Source: Candidatus Delongbacteria bacterium (GTDB taxonomy: Bacteria > CAIWAD01). Taken from it: a stretch of DNA of 64,000 nucleotides. The notes below the pieces were generated by a model, which saw nothing but the letters and a program-made list of their open reading frames with translations, was not told where the DNA came from and did not search any database. Of this stretch, positions 8,781-19,598 are shown in pieces (positions within the stretch are counted from its first letter, which is position 1; the number at the start of each line of letters is the position of its first letter). A program made the position numbers and the translations under genes. The DNA lies in the NCBI GenBank assembly GCA_963663545.1, contig OY760505.1:1376001-1440000 (forward strand), read 5' to 3'.

Positions 8781-11700
8781 CTAATGCTGCTTCTCTCCTG
8801 TATCCTTCTGCTGTCGCCGTGCTTCGAAATAGTCGCGGATGAGCTGCTCCATATCAGGCGTGTAGCCTTCCTGCAAGGCGCGCATCAGGTCACGCTCCAA
8901 GCGGTCGGCCTCTTCGGCATCGGGCAGCGGAGGCGGCTCGGGAGCCTGCAATTGCTCTGCGCTGCGACTCTCGCGCTTCTTGCTTTCATCTTGCCGACGC
9001 AGACTGCGCTGCGCCTCCAGCAAACGACTGAGAATGCGCTCTTGCAGATGGCGTGTGCGTTCGGTGTAGATCTGGTTTTCCAGGTCTTCCTCGACCTCGC
9101 GCATGTCCGAACTGATCTTGCCTGTATCACCCAGAACCGGCTGCCCATCCTCGCCCAGCTTCTCGCTAAGGGCTTCCATCTGCTCACGAATCTGTCCCTG
9201 CGTGGCAGCAGCCTCGCCAAAACTGATGGACATCGGCTTCTGACTTCCGCCTGGGTTGTTGCACATCAGCTTGTTGCATTGGCCATTCAGGCACTGCTGC
9301 TGGCTACTGACCTGGGCCATTTGTTCCATCAGCTCTTCAAATCCGCTCGAAGACGAGCTCTGCTGCATCTGCTGCTTGGCCTGCTTCAACATGAGAATGG
9401 CAATGTTGAACTTGCCCATGGCCTCGGGACCCTGCTGTCGCAGCGCTCCCAGGTTGCGCTCGTGATAGCCCTCGATAATCTGATTCAGCAGATCCAGCGA
9501 TTGCCCAAGCAAGGCGATGACTCTGGTGTCGATGAAAAAGCTCTGGCGACTCAACTCCAGCAGGGCATCGGCAACGGCCTCGGCGCCCAAGCGAATTTCC
9601 TGGCTCTGCTCCGCCAGCGGCGGCAAGCGCAGACTACCACGGCTTAGGGTGGGAATCTCGGCGTTGACTTCTTCCTGACTCAAGCTCAGGACCAGTAACT
9701 CCTGACAGAGCCGATCAATCTCACGCCCCATCTCCTCCTGCGCATTCTGTTTGGCTTGCGACAAGGCTTGCTGCAGCATTTCGTTTAGCTGTGCCAGGTC
9801 CTGCTCGATCTCCTCGCCGTGTTCGCCGGCTTCTGGATCACCCTGCTGCATCTCCTCAGCCATTTGCTGCATCTTGGCCGATGGCTGATTCTGCTGCAGG
9901 TGCTGCTCAGCCTGCTTAACTTGCTGACGCGGAAAGTCACTACGCTGGCCGAATTCTTCCTCAAGCCGTGATACATCCTGCGCCAACTGCTCCATGTCCT
10001 TGCTCGCGCGCTGCTCATCGCCAGCCGCCAGATCCTGCTGCTGCCGGCTTGCATTCGGGTTCTGAAGCGTTTCGTTGACCTGCTGCTGACGATCGCGCAA
10101 GTCCTCAGCGCGACGGGCCAACTCCTCCAATCGCTGCTCAAGGCGAAGCTGCTCCATGACGGCGAGGAAGCGGTCGAGTTGGCGCTCCATCTGGCGCAAC
10201 ACCTCTTCCATATCACCGGTGCGCGGCTGCTGAGGCTGCGGTGGCTGCTGTGCTTGTTCGGCCGCTTTACGCAGGCGTTCCATCAACTCTGGACTGATGG
10301 CTTCGTTCAACAGATCCTTCAACCGCGACAGCTTCTCGCGCAACTCCTCCGAGACCATGTTGTTCTGCTCCATGCGCTGCTCAAGCTGTTCCAGCTCTTT
10401 GGCCACCTCGGCCGCGCGCTCCATGGTCTCTTGCTGTTGTTGCACAAGCTGCTTCAGTCGTTGCTGCTGCTCCCAACTCATTTCAGGATTTCGCTTGAGC
10501 TCCTCGTTCAGCTCGCGCAGCTGCTCGACATTGTGTTGCGTCTCCTGCAACAGTCGCTCGGCTTCCTCGGCCAGATTCTCCTGATCGCGCTCAACTTCTG
10601 CAAAGAGCTCGCTGACTCCGGGCACTTTGATCAGGTAAAGCGGCGTGCGCGTGGATTGTGCGCCCTGCCAGCCATTGTTGTCAAAGACCTCCAGATAGAA
10701 CCAGACTTCGTCATCGGGCATCAGGTTCTCATCCAGCAGATTCCAGATGTAATCCAGCGCAGCTCGCGCTTTGCCACCAAGCGCACGCAGCTCCAGATCA
10801 CGCTGTGTCCAATCGGCGGGAGGATCGGTCAGCAGCGTGGGATCAGGTTGTTCGTGCAGACTTCGTGTCACAGCGGAAACACGCTTGTAAACAAGGCGAA
10901 GACGTGTCACACCATAGTCATCCTCTGCCACGCCAACAAGCGGAAGACGAAGTCGCCGGTCCAGCTCGATTTCCTGCTCTTGCGGATGCACCATGCGCAG
11001 CACGGGAGGACGATCGGGAATCACACGAAGACTATGTATCACCACATCGTCCTGCCGCAAGCTGTCTTCATCCAGTAACTCCAGCCACCAGCGACCATCG
11101 CGACGTGCGCGCCAGTCAAAAGCAAAGCGCCGCTTATCATTCAGGCTGTCTGACCAGAACTCTACGCGTGTATCACCGCCCTCGCCGGAGAAGGTCATGG
11201 CTGCATCAAGTAGCCGCTCGCTAAAACGCCCCTCAACATGCACTCGGGAACCAAGAGGGCACACCAGGTCACCGCTGCCCGCCTCCAGCACACGCGCACC
11301 CTGTCCCGTGTAAGCTGGCGGATAAACACTCACTTCGTACTCTTCCAGGCGAGGTGGCGTTAGCACAGTGAGCGCAAGTGTATCACTTCGCACAATGCGA
11401 TGGCGCCCGAGGCTCCAGTTCTCGGCTTCGGCCCAGAACCTGGCATCGGTGTGTAACACGTGATCCAGCAACTCTGCATGACCCCGCTGAACCAGTAGCG
11501 GCCATTGTCGCAGCCCGGATTCATTTCGCTGAAAAAGGTTCACGTTCTGGGGAAGCGAATTTCCAATGACATCAATTCCAATGCTGATCCTGCGCCCAGC
11601 GACAACCGTGGTACTGTCGGCATGAAGCGTCAATTGATAGGGAGGAGGAGCCAGGAAATTCCGCTGCGGATCCGCCAATCGCCTTGCAGCCAGTTCTGCG

Positions 11701-12242
11701 CTCTCGTGTGCTCCAAGCAGGACACCAGCAGCTAGCACCAGACTGGTGACACAAAACATCAGCGCAAGCCTAAGGGGCCTGCGTGGAAGCGCATGTGTCA
11801 CATCCACGTTAGCAAGCTGCGGAACAACGCTGTCCAGGCTAGCTGCGATCAGTTCAGGATCATATCCTTGAACATTCAGCTCACCAGCCTCTACTACCTG
11901 CAGGCCGTTGAGCAGTCGATCGCGGACTTGTGGACTTCCCCAGCCGATGCGACGTGCCAGATCGTAAAGATGCGGTGTAGCACGCAACAGAATCACCTCG
12001 CGCAGCACCAGCAACAACAGAGCAACGATCCAGCCAAGGGAAGCAACAGTGGCAAGAGAAGCAAGCGTTTGGCGTACGGCAGGATCATGCGAAGAGAAGT
12101 GCTCGATCAGCAGGAACAGCAATAGTAGGGGTAGCGAGGCAATCCACCACAGAACCGCTGTCAATAGTCGTCGCGCACGAAAGCGGCGACGCAAGCGCAA
12201 GAGCAATCCCAACACCCGACCATGTGATACAGACACCGCCAT
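8781..12242 (-). CDS. DUF4175-like large membrane-anchored coiled-coil protein
   Basis: N-terminal TMs, Ig-like region with PPAYTG and AEDDYG, Q/E-rich coiled coils, QERILSRLLEAQRS and C-terminal IRDYF. Confidence 0.75.
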   Translation of the reverse strand: MAVSVSHGRVLGLLLRLRRRFRARRLLTAVLWWIASLPLLLLFLLIEHFSSHDPAVRQTLASLATVASLGWIVALLLLVLREVILLRATPHLYDLARRIGWGSPQVRDRLLNGLQVVEAGELNVQGYDPELIAASLDSVVPQLANVDVTHALPRRPLRLALMFCVTSLVLAAGVLLGAHESAELAARRLADPQRNFLAPPPYQLTLHADSTTVVAGRRISIGIDVIGNSLPQNVNLFQRNESGLRQWPLLVQRGHAELLDHVLHTDARFWAEAENWSLGRHRIVRSDTLALTVLTPPRLEEYEVSVYPPAYTGQGARVLEAGSGDLVCPLGSRVHVEGRFSERLLDAAMTFSGEGGDTRVEFWSDSLNDKRRFAFDWRARRDGRWWLELLDEDSLRQDDVVIHSLRVIPDRPPVLRMVHPQEQEIELDRRLRLPLVGVAEDDYGVTRLRLVYKRVSAVTRSLHEQPDPTLLTDPPADWTQRDLELRALGGKARAALDYIWNLLDENLMPDDEVWFYLEVFDNNGWQGAQSTRTPLYLIKVPGVSELFAEVERDQENLAEEAERLLQETQHNVEQLRELNEELKRNPEMSWEQQQRLKQLVQQQQETMERAAEVAKELEQLEQRMEQNNMVSEELREKLSRLKDLLNEAISPELMERLRKAAEQAQQPPQPQQPRTGDMEEVLRQMERQLDRFLAVMEQLRLEQRLEELARRAEDLRDRQQQVNETLQNPNASRQQQDLAAGDEQRASKDMEQLAQDVSRLEEEFGQRSDFPRQQVKQAEQHLQQNQPSAKMQQMAEEMQQGDPEAGEHGEEIEQDLAQLNEMLQQALSQAKQNAQEEMGREIDRLCQELLVLSLSQEEVNAEIPTLSRGSLRLPPLAEQSQEIRLGAEAVADALLELSRQSFFIDTRVIALLGQSLDLLNQIIEGYHERNLGALRQQGPEAMGKFNIAILMLKQAKQQMQQSSSSSGFEELMEQMAQVSSQQQCLNGQCNKLMCNNPGGSQKPMSISFGEAAATQGQIREQMEALSEKLGEDGQPVLGDTGKISSDMREVEEDLENQIYTERTRHLQERILSRLLEAQRSLRRQDESKKRESRSAEQLQAPEPPPLPDAEEADRLERDLMRALQEGYTPDMEQLIRDYFEARRQQKDTGEKQH

Positions 12243-12243
12243 C

Positions 12244-12894
12244 TCACCCTCCTAGTGCATAGACCAGGATATTGGTCCCCATGCGCAGTGCCTTCTGTCT
12301 CAGCTCTTCAGGATCTTCGTGGACTTCCGGATCTTCCCATCCGTCACCTAGATCGCACTCCCAGGTGTAGAACAGCACAAGGCGGTTGTCCAGATAAATC
12401 CCGTAGCCGCGCGGCGGTTTGTTGTCGTGCTCGTGGATCTTAGGTAAGCCGTGAGGAAACTCAAACCGGCTGTGATACACAGCATGATCAAAAGGAACCT
12501 CGACCAGTTCGTGATCCGGAAAGACCTTCCGGATCTCGCGCCTGAAGTGCTCGTCCAGGCCGTAGTTGTCATCCACATGCAAGAACCCGCCGTGACTCAA
12601 ATAGAGCCGCAAGCGCTGAGCCTGGCGCTCGCTGAAATGAACGTTCCCATGCCCGGTCATGTAGAGGTAGGGATAGGCAAAAAGCCGTGGATCATCCAGC
12701 TCGACGACGTCTTCCTTGGCTGCTGTTTCAATGTCCGTGTTGCGTGATACAAACTCCAGCAGGTTGGGAAGGCTGGTCGGATCACCATACCAGTCGCCGC
12801 CGCCATCATACTTGATGCGCGCAATGCTCAGTTCCTGTGCGAAGAGTGGTGTCACCAAGAGCAGCAGGAACAACCATTTTACGGGCGGCAGCAT
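12244..12894 (-). CDS. DUF4159 family protein
   Basis: Signal peptide, then ARIKYDGGGDWYGDP, YPYLYMTGHG, GGFLHVDDNYG, DLGDGWED and ALRMGTNI. Confidence 0.85.
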   Translation of the reverse strand: MLPPVKWLFLLLLVTPLFAQELSIARIKYDGGGDWYGDPTSLPNLLEFVSRNTDIETAAKEDVVELDDPRLFAYPYLYMTGHGNVHFSERQAQRLRLYLSHGGFLHVDDNYGLDEHFRREIRKVFPDHELVEVPFDHAVYHSRFEFPHGLPKIHEHDNKPPRGYGIYLDNRLVLFYTWECDLGDGWEDPEVHEDPEELRQKALRMGTNILVYALGG

Positions 12895-12902
12895 AGTTTT
12901 CG

Positions 12903-14198
12903 TCAGTCCACGATCCTGTAATACACGCGCGAACGCAGTCCGGAGACGTAGTCCTGCAACTGCTGGTTCTTCTTCCAATTCCGCGCTAGCTGACTCACTT
13001 GCTCCCAATCCTCCTCGAGACTGGGACGTCGCGAAGGACGCTGATCAAGTTTGCGGTAGATGTGCAAACCTTGCTTGCCCTCCATCTCACCACGCATTGG
13101 AGGAAGCATGGCCCCGGTATCCAGATCGCGTACGCGACTGCGCACCAGGGGAACCAGTTTGTCAAACTCGATCCAGCCCAGATCTCCGCCTGCTTGGCGA
13201 CTAAGCTCGTGATGCGTGTAGCGCCTGGCCAGACTATCGAAGGCAGCTCCTTGCTGCAGCAGGGCGTAGAGTGAATCAGCAAGATCGGTGGCGTATCGTT
13301 CGTCTTCGCTTGTCGGCTGCAGACTAAAGAGGATGTGGCTGGTCTCGATGTACTCGCCTGCGCGGTCATCCAGACGTATCACATGCCAGCCATATTCAGA
13401 ACGAATCGGCTCGCTGATCTCACCCTTTTTCATGCGATAAGCGGCCTCTTCGTAAGGCCGAACGAGAGTACCACGCTTGGTACGACCAATACTGCCGCCG
13501 TACTCGGCACTGGCCTCGTCCTGACTGAAGGTACGCGCCATTTCAGCAAAATCAGCGGGTGGATCGGCAACAAGCAGTTGTCTCACACTATCTGCCAACG
13601 CGTGTGCGTGCTGATCACTTTCCGGGCTGGCCTTGAACTCCAGAAAGATGTCCTGCAAATGCACAGACTCGCCAACGCGCGGCAAACTGTCCTGGTAGGC
13701 GGCGAAGAAGTTTTCGATCTCCTGGCGTGTTACAGTGACATCACCCAAGTAGCGCTGCTGTAGCTGTTCGACGTAGAATTGGTCGCGCATATCCTGTAGC
13801 AGGTCGGCGCGGATCTTGCGCACCGATTGCCCCATCAGCTCCTCCAGCCGGCTCGTGCCGCCAACGCGACGGGCAATGGCATCAATGCGCTCATCGGTGG
13901 CACGCTCGACATCTTTGTCCTGCACGATGATGTTGGTGTCTGCGCGTGCTACAGCCAACATGACGCGGGAATCGATCATGCCTTGCACAAGCTGGAGTTT
14001 GATATCCTCGAGCTCATCCACATTCATGCGATCGGGATCCTGCCCGTTCTCCATGAGGTAGCGCTGCAGTTCCTGGGTGACTTCGCTTTCCAGGATGATC
14101 TCCTGATCTACCACTACCAGCACGCGATCCAGCGTTTCCTGGGCGAGACTTGCCACCAGCGGAATCAGGCAGCAGAGGACATACAAGAACTTCGGCAT
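12903..14198 (-). CDS. surA: SurA-like periplasmic peptidyl-prolyl isomerase/chaperone
   Basis: Signal peptide, LDRVLVVVDQEIILESEV and two parvulin domains (FAEMARTFSQD..SA..GG, SEYGWHVI, GGDLGW). Confidence 0.85.
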   Translation of the reverse strand: MPKFLYVLCCLIPLVASLAQETLDRVLVVVDQEIILESEVTQELQRYLMENGQDPDRMNVDELEDIKLQLVQGMIDSRVMLAVARADTNIIVQDKDVERATDERIDAIARRVGGTSRLEELMGQSVRKIRADLLQDMRDQFYVEQLQQRYLGDVTVTRQEIENFFAAYQDSLPRVGESVHLQDIFLEFKASPESDQHAHALADSVRQLLVADPPADFAEMARTFSQDEASAEYGGSIGRTKRGTLVRPYEEAAYRMKKGEISEPIRSEYGWHVIRLDDRAGEYIETSHILFSLQPTSEDERYATDLADSLYALLQQGAAFDSLARRYTHHELSRQAGGDLGWIEFDKLVPLVRSRVRDLDTGAMLPPMRGEMEGKQGLHIYRKLDQRPSRRPSLEEDWEQVSQLARNWKKNQQLQDYVSGLRSRVYYRIVD

Positions 14199-14296
14199 GG
14201 GTGTATCCTGTTTAGTTCGAATTGCGCCGTTCGGGCACTCGCACCGATCTCTGGCGCATCGACAGCTTTCGAAGGTAGTAATGAGCAGCTACCCTG

Positions 14297-15178
14297 TCAG
14301 GGCTCCAGGTGGCGGCCTTCGGACTCGAAGAGCGGCGTCAGATCCAGTTGGTAGGATTGCTGATCGCGCAACGTACTCTCAAAACGCCGTTGTCGTTCCA
14401 ACAGCCGCTCTTCACGCATGGCTTGTTCCACCTCGTAGCCAGCGGCATCGAGCGGCGGCACATAGCCCGCAGGCCGACGCCCCACAACCTGAAAGAAAAG
14501 CCACCCCTCGTCCCGCGCATAGAGCGGTGAAATCTGCAGGTACTCCATGGCGAAGATTTCTTCCGCCCACTGCGGATCTGTTTCGTAGCGCGTGATAAAC
14601 TCGGTCTTGCCGTAGCGAACACTGTCCTGCCCAAGTTGGTCGGCCGTGATACGATTCAGCGAAGCCGCCCGCCGAAGCTCAAGGGCCATCAGGCTGTCCG
14701 CAGACCAGTACCAACTGAATTTCAGCTGCTCTTCATCAATGCGAAAGCGCTCCTGATTGCGCCGATACCAACGCGCAAGATCGCGAGCGTTGATTTCCTC
14801 GGGCGCGCTCAGCTCCTGTTCCATTACCAGGCCGCGCAGGTAGCGATTCTGAATCGCAGCCAGGTCCTCGCGTATCACAGGATCCCTGCTGATACCGCGC
14901 CGGTTGGCTTCTGCGACAAAGATCTGCCCTTCGATCCAATCCAGCAGGTGACGCTCGATCTGCGCACGCGACAGTGTATCACCGCTGGAATCAAGCCAGT
15001 TCTGCAGGCGCGACAGCGTGTAGATGGAATCGGCGACCTGAGCGACAATCGGAACGTCCTCGTGAAGTGCAACCCCCCGCTCGCCATGCGACATAGCTGA
15101 ATCACGGGAAGCGGGTTCTGTATCACGCGTCGCACACGCAGCCAGAATGAGTGGTAAGAGGAACAGAATGAAACGCAC
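14297..15178 (-). CDS. Parvulin-like lipoprotein (degenerate PPIase/foldase)
   Basis: Lipobox ILAAC, VAQV, LLDWIEGQIFVAEANRRG and WYRRNQERF; adjacent to surA. Confidence 0.65.
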   Translation of the reverse strand: MRFILFLLPLILAACATRDTEPASRDSAMSHGERGVALHEDVPIVAQVADSIYTLSRLQNWLDSSGDTLSRAQIERHLLDWIEGQIFVAEANRRGISRDPVIREDLAAIQNRYLRGLVMEQELSAPEEINARDLARWYRRNQERFRIDEEQLKFSWYWSADSLMALELRRAASLNRITADQLGQDSVRYGKTEFITRYETDPQWAEEIFAMEYLQISPLYARDEGWLFFQVVGRRPAGYVPPLDAAGYEVEQAMREERLLERQRRFESTLRDQQSYQLDLTPLFESEGRHLEP

Positions 15179-16497
15179 TATTGCCCCCTGGAAAATCTAG
15201 AGCGGATCCACCGCGACGCATGCTGACGGTATTCCTGCAGATCCCGCGAAGTAGCCAGCAGAGAGCGAAAGTAGCTGGTTCGCGTCTCGCGACAGAACAA
15301 AGCAACAACAACAATCTTGCCAATGATTATGGAAAGCGTTGTGGCAAGTGCAGCGCCAGCAATGCCAAAGCGTGGCAGCAGCAAGAGATTCAACAGTACA
15401 TTAGCAATGACGCTGAAGACACTCATCGCAACAGGGTATCCTGGCCGTTCAAATGCGGTGAGAAAAAGGGAAAGACTGCCGACGTTTCCTCGCACCACAA
15501 CACTGCCAAAAGCCAGAATGACAAGCGTCGGATAAGCCGCAGCGTATTCTCGTCCGTAAAGCAGCAATGCGGGATAGCCAAAAGCGCAAATCGCAAGAAA
15601 GACAAGCAGAAACAGAAAAAAGGAGGCCTTGTAAACACGACGAGTTGTCTGAATGGCCTCATTCAACGGTTGTCCAGCTACATGCGGGAAAAACACAGTC
15701 TGAATTGCATTCTGAAACTCGCGCGCTGCGCCAATCGCCATGATGCAAACCGTGTACAGGCCCAGATCTTCTGCTCGCACTTTGTCCGAACTCACCACGA
15801 ATGCGGAAACCATGATGGCGTCGATGCGCAGGCTCAAGAGATTCAGCAGATTGCCCGACCACGGAAAAAGAGAAAAGGAGAGCATTTGACGTATGCTCAA
15901 ACGATGTGATCCGTTTAGCCGCGGACGTAGAAAGTACAGCGCTACCGCAGAGGCCAGTAGTCCGCTGCATCCGTATAAGGCTATCACCAGCGGCACCGAA
16001 CGCCAGCCAGCCAGAAGCGCAACTGCCATCAGCAAGAGCAAGCATGCCGCTTTGACGGCAGTGGCAATGTTGTATTGACGCACGCGCTCTTGCGCCATTA
16101 TCAGCATAGAAAGAATCGAAAACAGCCCCTCGACAATCACGAATCCACAGGTGAACAGAAGTGCAGGTGTGCTGGAGTCGTGAAATGCGGAAGCGAGAAA
16201 GCTGCGTGCCGAGAAAACAAAAAGGCCGCAGCCAACCAGGCACCCCGTCAGGAAAAGCGGTAGCGCGCTCCAGAAAAAGCTGCTCTCTTCCTCCCCCAGG
16301 CGACGTACGAAATAGACCGCGCCGGAGTCCAGGCCTAGAACCGCAAACGTGAATAAAAGCACTCCCACCATAATCAACAGACTGGCTTGCCCCTGCAATT
16401 CCGGACCAAGCAACCGGGCTAGCAGAATACTCGTGAGCAGGCCAGTTGAACGGATGAGCACGCGGTTGAAAAACAGGGCAGCGATACTATTCAACAT
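15178..16497 (-). CDS. Oligosaccharide flippase (Wzx) family protein
   Basis: About 12 TMs with ILLARLLGPE, LGLYT, YGREYAAAYP and NLLLLPRFGIAGAALAT. Confidence 0.88.
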   Translation of the reverse strand: MLNSIAALFFNRVLIRSTGLLTSILLARLLGPELQGQASLLIMVGVLLFTFAVLGLDSGAVYFVRRLGEEESSFFWSALPLFLTGCLVGCGLFVFSARSFLASAFHDSSTPALLFTCGFVIVEGLFSILSMLIMAQERVRQYNIATAVKAACLLLLMAVALLAGWRSVPLVIALYGCSGLLASAVALYFLRPRLNGSHRLSIRQMLSFSLFPWSGNLLNLLSLRIDAIMVSAFVVSSDKVRAEDLGLYTVCIMAIGAAREFQNAIQTVFFPHVAGQPLNEAIQTTRRVYKASFFLFLLVFLAICAFGYPALLLYGREYAAAYPTLVILAFGSVVVRGNVGSLSLFLTAFERPGYPVAMSVFSVIANVLLNLLLLPRFGIAGAALATTLSIIIGKIVVVALFCRETRTSYFRSLLATSRDLQEYRQHASRWIRSRFSRGQ

Positions 16498-16762
16498 CGA
16501 TGGCACTCTTCTTTGCAAACGATTTGTCGCGACCAGCAACCCATGCTGATCCGCGACGAACTCAACTTTGCAATTCCCGCTCTAACTCAGTCGCTTCGCA
16601 CCTGTCACACAATGGGAAGGAGACGGATTCACAGCTCGCTCTTTGCTTTCTTTTGCCGTGCTCTTGCAGAATAGCGATGTGGAGGCCAGCTTAGCTGGCA
16701 CAGCCAATGTACCATTCGGGGATTCAAGCAAGGCAATCTCTGTAAAATCAAAGTGCTAGCTA

Positions 16763-18091
16763 ATGAATATCCGTAGCCTCTCACGAACGATTTCCAGTCA
16801 GTTCCCTCCGGAGCTACACGCGTTCGCTTACACTGCGCCATGGCTCGCCCGTATTCGCCGCTACGAATTTGCGACCGCCAATGAAATCGCTGCTTATCAG
16901 CTGCGCACCTTGAATCAAGTGCTGGCTCTGGCGTGGGAGATTCCCCTCTATGCGGACAACTTCAGTTCGGCGGGACTTCATCCAGGCCCGCTCAAGTCTC
17001 TTGATGAACTGAAGGCCTATCCGTGTATCACACGCGAAGGGCTGAACGAACTTTACGAATACCTTAACGCCAAATACCGTGGCAAATACACGGCCTACTC
17101 TTCCAGTGGCTTCACCGGAACCCCGGTACGAGTCCTCGAAAAACGCTTCCGACGCCACGGCATAGAGCAGGCGTTCTTGGCAAGCCTGCTTTCCAGAGTA
17201 GGGTATCAGCCCTACCGGCGGCAGCGCTTTGTCGTCTTCAAGATCACGGGGCCGGACAGCAGTGTTCTTATGCGGCAAAGTGGAAACCGGCTAGAAATTA
17301 ATCACCAGCGAATCAACCAGGATACTCTCAAGGAAATCCGTAGCCGTGTCGAAGCTTTTTCACCGCACTTTTTCCACGGCTACCCATCGACCTTGTCGCG
17401 ATTCGCCCGGTTGGTTGCCTCACAGGGAACCCGGATGGTGCTACCCCGACTTCGGGCAACTCTTCTTTCCTCTGAAGTCCTCACCGATTCCGATCGCAGG
17501 ATTGTCGAGGAAACATTCGGCGCGCGAGTGATATCCCTTTACGGACATTCGGAGCATGCCGTGTTTGCTGGCGAGTGCGAACATTCCCACGAGCTGCACA
17601 TCGAGCCATTGTATTGTGTGGTGAACCTGGAGAGCACAACACCGCGTACCGTTGGTCAAGAAATCATCGCAACTTCACTGATTGCGCAGAAGATGCCCAT
17701 CATCCGCTACCGCACCGGTGACTTCGGGAGCTTTGCCGAGGGCCCGTGTACCTGTGGTCGGACCTACACGCGTCTGAGAAATCTGGATGGGCGCAAGCCT
17801 GAGCAAATGCGCCTTGCCGATGGTTCCCGCCTGCCCTTTATCTTTGGCGAGTTTCAGTTTTCGAGCAATCTGATCGCCTTCCAGCTGGTACAGCTGAAAC
17901 CGGGACAACTGGTGGTTCGTGTGGAGCGAACTGCAGAATACAACCGCGAGAACGAACTCCAGCTGAAGACCTATCTGGAGAACAAGCTGCTGGGAATCAA
18001 AATTGCCTCCTTCGATTATGTGACACCAATCCTGATGACACGGGCAGGTAAACGGATTCTGTTCCTCGACTACTGCGATCAGGACCATTAA
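16763..18091 (+). CDS. Phenylacetate-CoA ligase-like protein (CapK type)
   Basis: SSSGFTGTP, HGYPS, LYGHSE and MPIIRYRTGD...CTCGR; lies in a polysaccharide locus. Confidence 0.85.
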   Translation: MNIRSLSRTISSQFPPELHAFAYTAPWLARIRRYEFATANEIAAYQLRTLNQVLALAWEIPLYADNFSSAGLHPGPLKSLDELKAYPCITREGLNELYEYLNAKYRGKYTAYSSSGFTGTPVRVLEKRFRRHGIEQAFLASLLSRVGYQPYRRQRFVVFKITGPDSSVLMRQSGNRLEINHQRINQDTLKEIRSRVEAFSPHFFHGYPSTLSRFARLVASQGTRMVLPRLRATLLSSEVLTDSDRRIVEETFGARVISLYGHSEHAVFAGECEHSHELHIEPLYCVVNLESTTPRTVGQEIIATSLIAQKMPIIRYRTGDFGSFAEGPCTCGRTYTRLRNLDGRKPEQMRLADGSRLPFIFGEFQFSSNLIAFQLVQLKPGQLVVRVERTAEYNRENELQLKTYLENKLLGIKIASFDYVTPILMTRAGKRILFLDYCDQDH

Positions 18092-18233
18092 TCCTTTTCA
18101 GCTCTGAACAGGTACCGCCGTCCCCTCAGAGTGTGACCGATGCTCCTGTTAAACACCGTGTTGTATATTGCAGCGCTCTCTGTTGCCAATCGCAACTAGG
18201 CCGGGATAATAGCAAGCAGGTGAAAGCGTCCGC

Positions 18234-19598
18234 ATGAAGAATGCCCCCTTCGAGATCAGAGGCTGGAGACTCCTTCTCCTGATCCTTCTGGGCGTCGGGA
18301 TTTCCTTAAGCCTTGTACACGCATTAGCCTTCATTGGTGGAAAAAAATCTCTACTGCTATTGTATGCGGCACCGGGTTTGATGGCGCTCACACTGATCGC
18401 TCTGACAATGCTACGCCAGCCTCTGCACACCGCTATCATGGTTTTTCCCATCCTTTACCTGACATCACAGGAGTACCTGATAGTACCAGCCGCTTTGGGA
18501 ATTGTCATGCTAGCCCTCATTACCAATGTGGTGCAAGGAGGCAAGTACCGTTCCCCTGACATCAAAGAGTATGGCCTCTTCTCAGTACTCCTGCTCCTGG
18601 GAGCTTATGCATTCCTCCGCTCCCAGCATGAACTGCGAGTAATGATGTTTCTGGGCCAGTTTGTGGCGCCATTCGGTATGTACCTGGCCATTTCTTCCAT
18701 GAAAGCCGATCGGGAGTACTTCATCCGCGTGCTGAAGACTCTGCTGATTGTCTATGCTATCATCGGTGTTGGAAGCATTATCTCCAAAGTCATTGACCCT
18801 GCCGCTGAGCGCGTCGCTGGTTTCCCCTCCATGTCTGTGACGATGTTCGGATACACAGCGGCCGCCCTTGTACCGCTGGCGATGGAATTTGTCCACCGGG
18901 AGCAAAACAAGCGCTTCTGGCAGATTGTGCTCCTCCTTCATTTCATCCTTGTGCTGCTGACAAACTCACGGATGGCATTTGGAATCGTTTTGGTGGGTAT
19001 TGTCCTACAAATGCGACGCATCCGGAATTCCACATGGGTATTCGGGCTGATGGGGCTGGGCATTATTGGACTGGGCGCGGAACTGCTGTTCACACGTTTC
19101 ACGGCATCCGAAGGCATGATGGATATCAGTACAGCCGCACGTTTGATGGCCTATCAAGGTTGTGTTCGATTGATTGCGGCTCATCCCTGGTTTGGTGTCG
19201 GCCTGGGGAACTTCACGCTGCTTTACACGAAGTTCACCCTTATGCCGCTGAGTCACTTGCATCACGCGCACAACTTCTTCCTAAACAAGGCCGTTAGTAT
19301 TGGTATTCCCGGCATGATTCTGTACTTGGGAGCGGTGTTCGGAAAAACAGTGGGTGGATTCAAGATGCGCGGTCTATCCCTTCGCGCATTCTTCCAGGGC
19401 AGTTTTTCAAGCGACCCCTTGCTCTACGCAACCACTGTCGCGTTAAGCACCTATTTGATGGTCGGTTTGATCGACTCAATTTTTTTCTATGGAAAATGGG
19501 TTGTCTGGTTCTGGCTTCTTCTCGCGATACACCAACGACTTCGCAGTGACTGCGTTGAAACGACAGTGAGCAACACAACTGCAGACGGCGAAAAATGA
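18234..19598 (+). CDS. O-antigen ligase/polymerase (Wzy_C) family protein
   Basis: Multi-TM protein with LLTNSRMA, HPWFGVGLGNF and HAHN...GIPG. Confidence 0.88.
   Translation: MKNAPFEIRGWRLLLLILLGVGISLSLVHALAFIGGKKSLLLLYAAPGLMALTLIALTMLRQPLHTAIMVFPILYLTSQEYLIVPAALGIVMLALITNVVQGGKYRSPDIKEYGLFSVLLLLGAYAFLRSQHELRVMMFLGQFVAPFGMYLAISSMKADREYFIRVLKTLLIVYAIIGVGSIISKVIDPAAERVAGFPSMSVTMFGYTAAALVPLAMEFVHREQNKRFWQIVLLLHFILVLLTNSRMAFGIVLVGIVLQMRRIRNSTWVFGLMGLGIIGLGAELLFTRFTASEGMMDISTAARLMAYQGCVRLIAAHPWFGVGLGNFTLLYTKFTLMPLSHLHHAHNFFLNKAVSIGIPGMILYLGAVFGKTVGGFKMRGLSLRAFFQGSFSSDPLLYATTVALSTYLMVGLIDSIFFYGKWVVWFWLLLAIHQRLRSDCVETTVSNTTADGEK

Noticed and set aside
11452..11467. parS-like TGTAACACGTGATCCA
   Set aside because: It matches parS at only 12 of 16 positions and is explained by one copy of the iterated motif.
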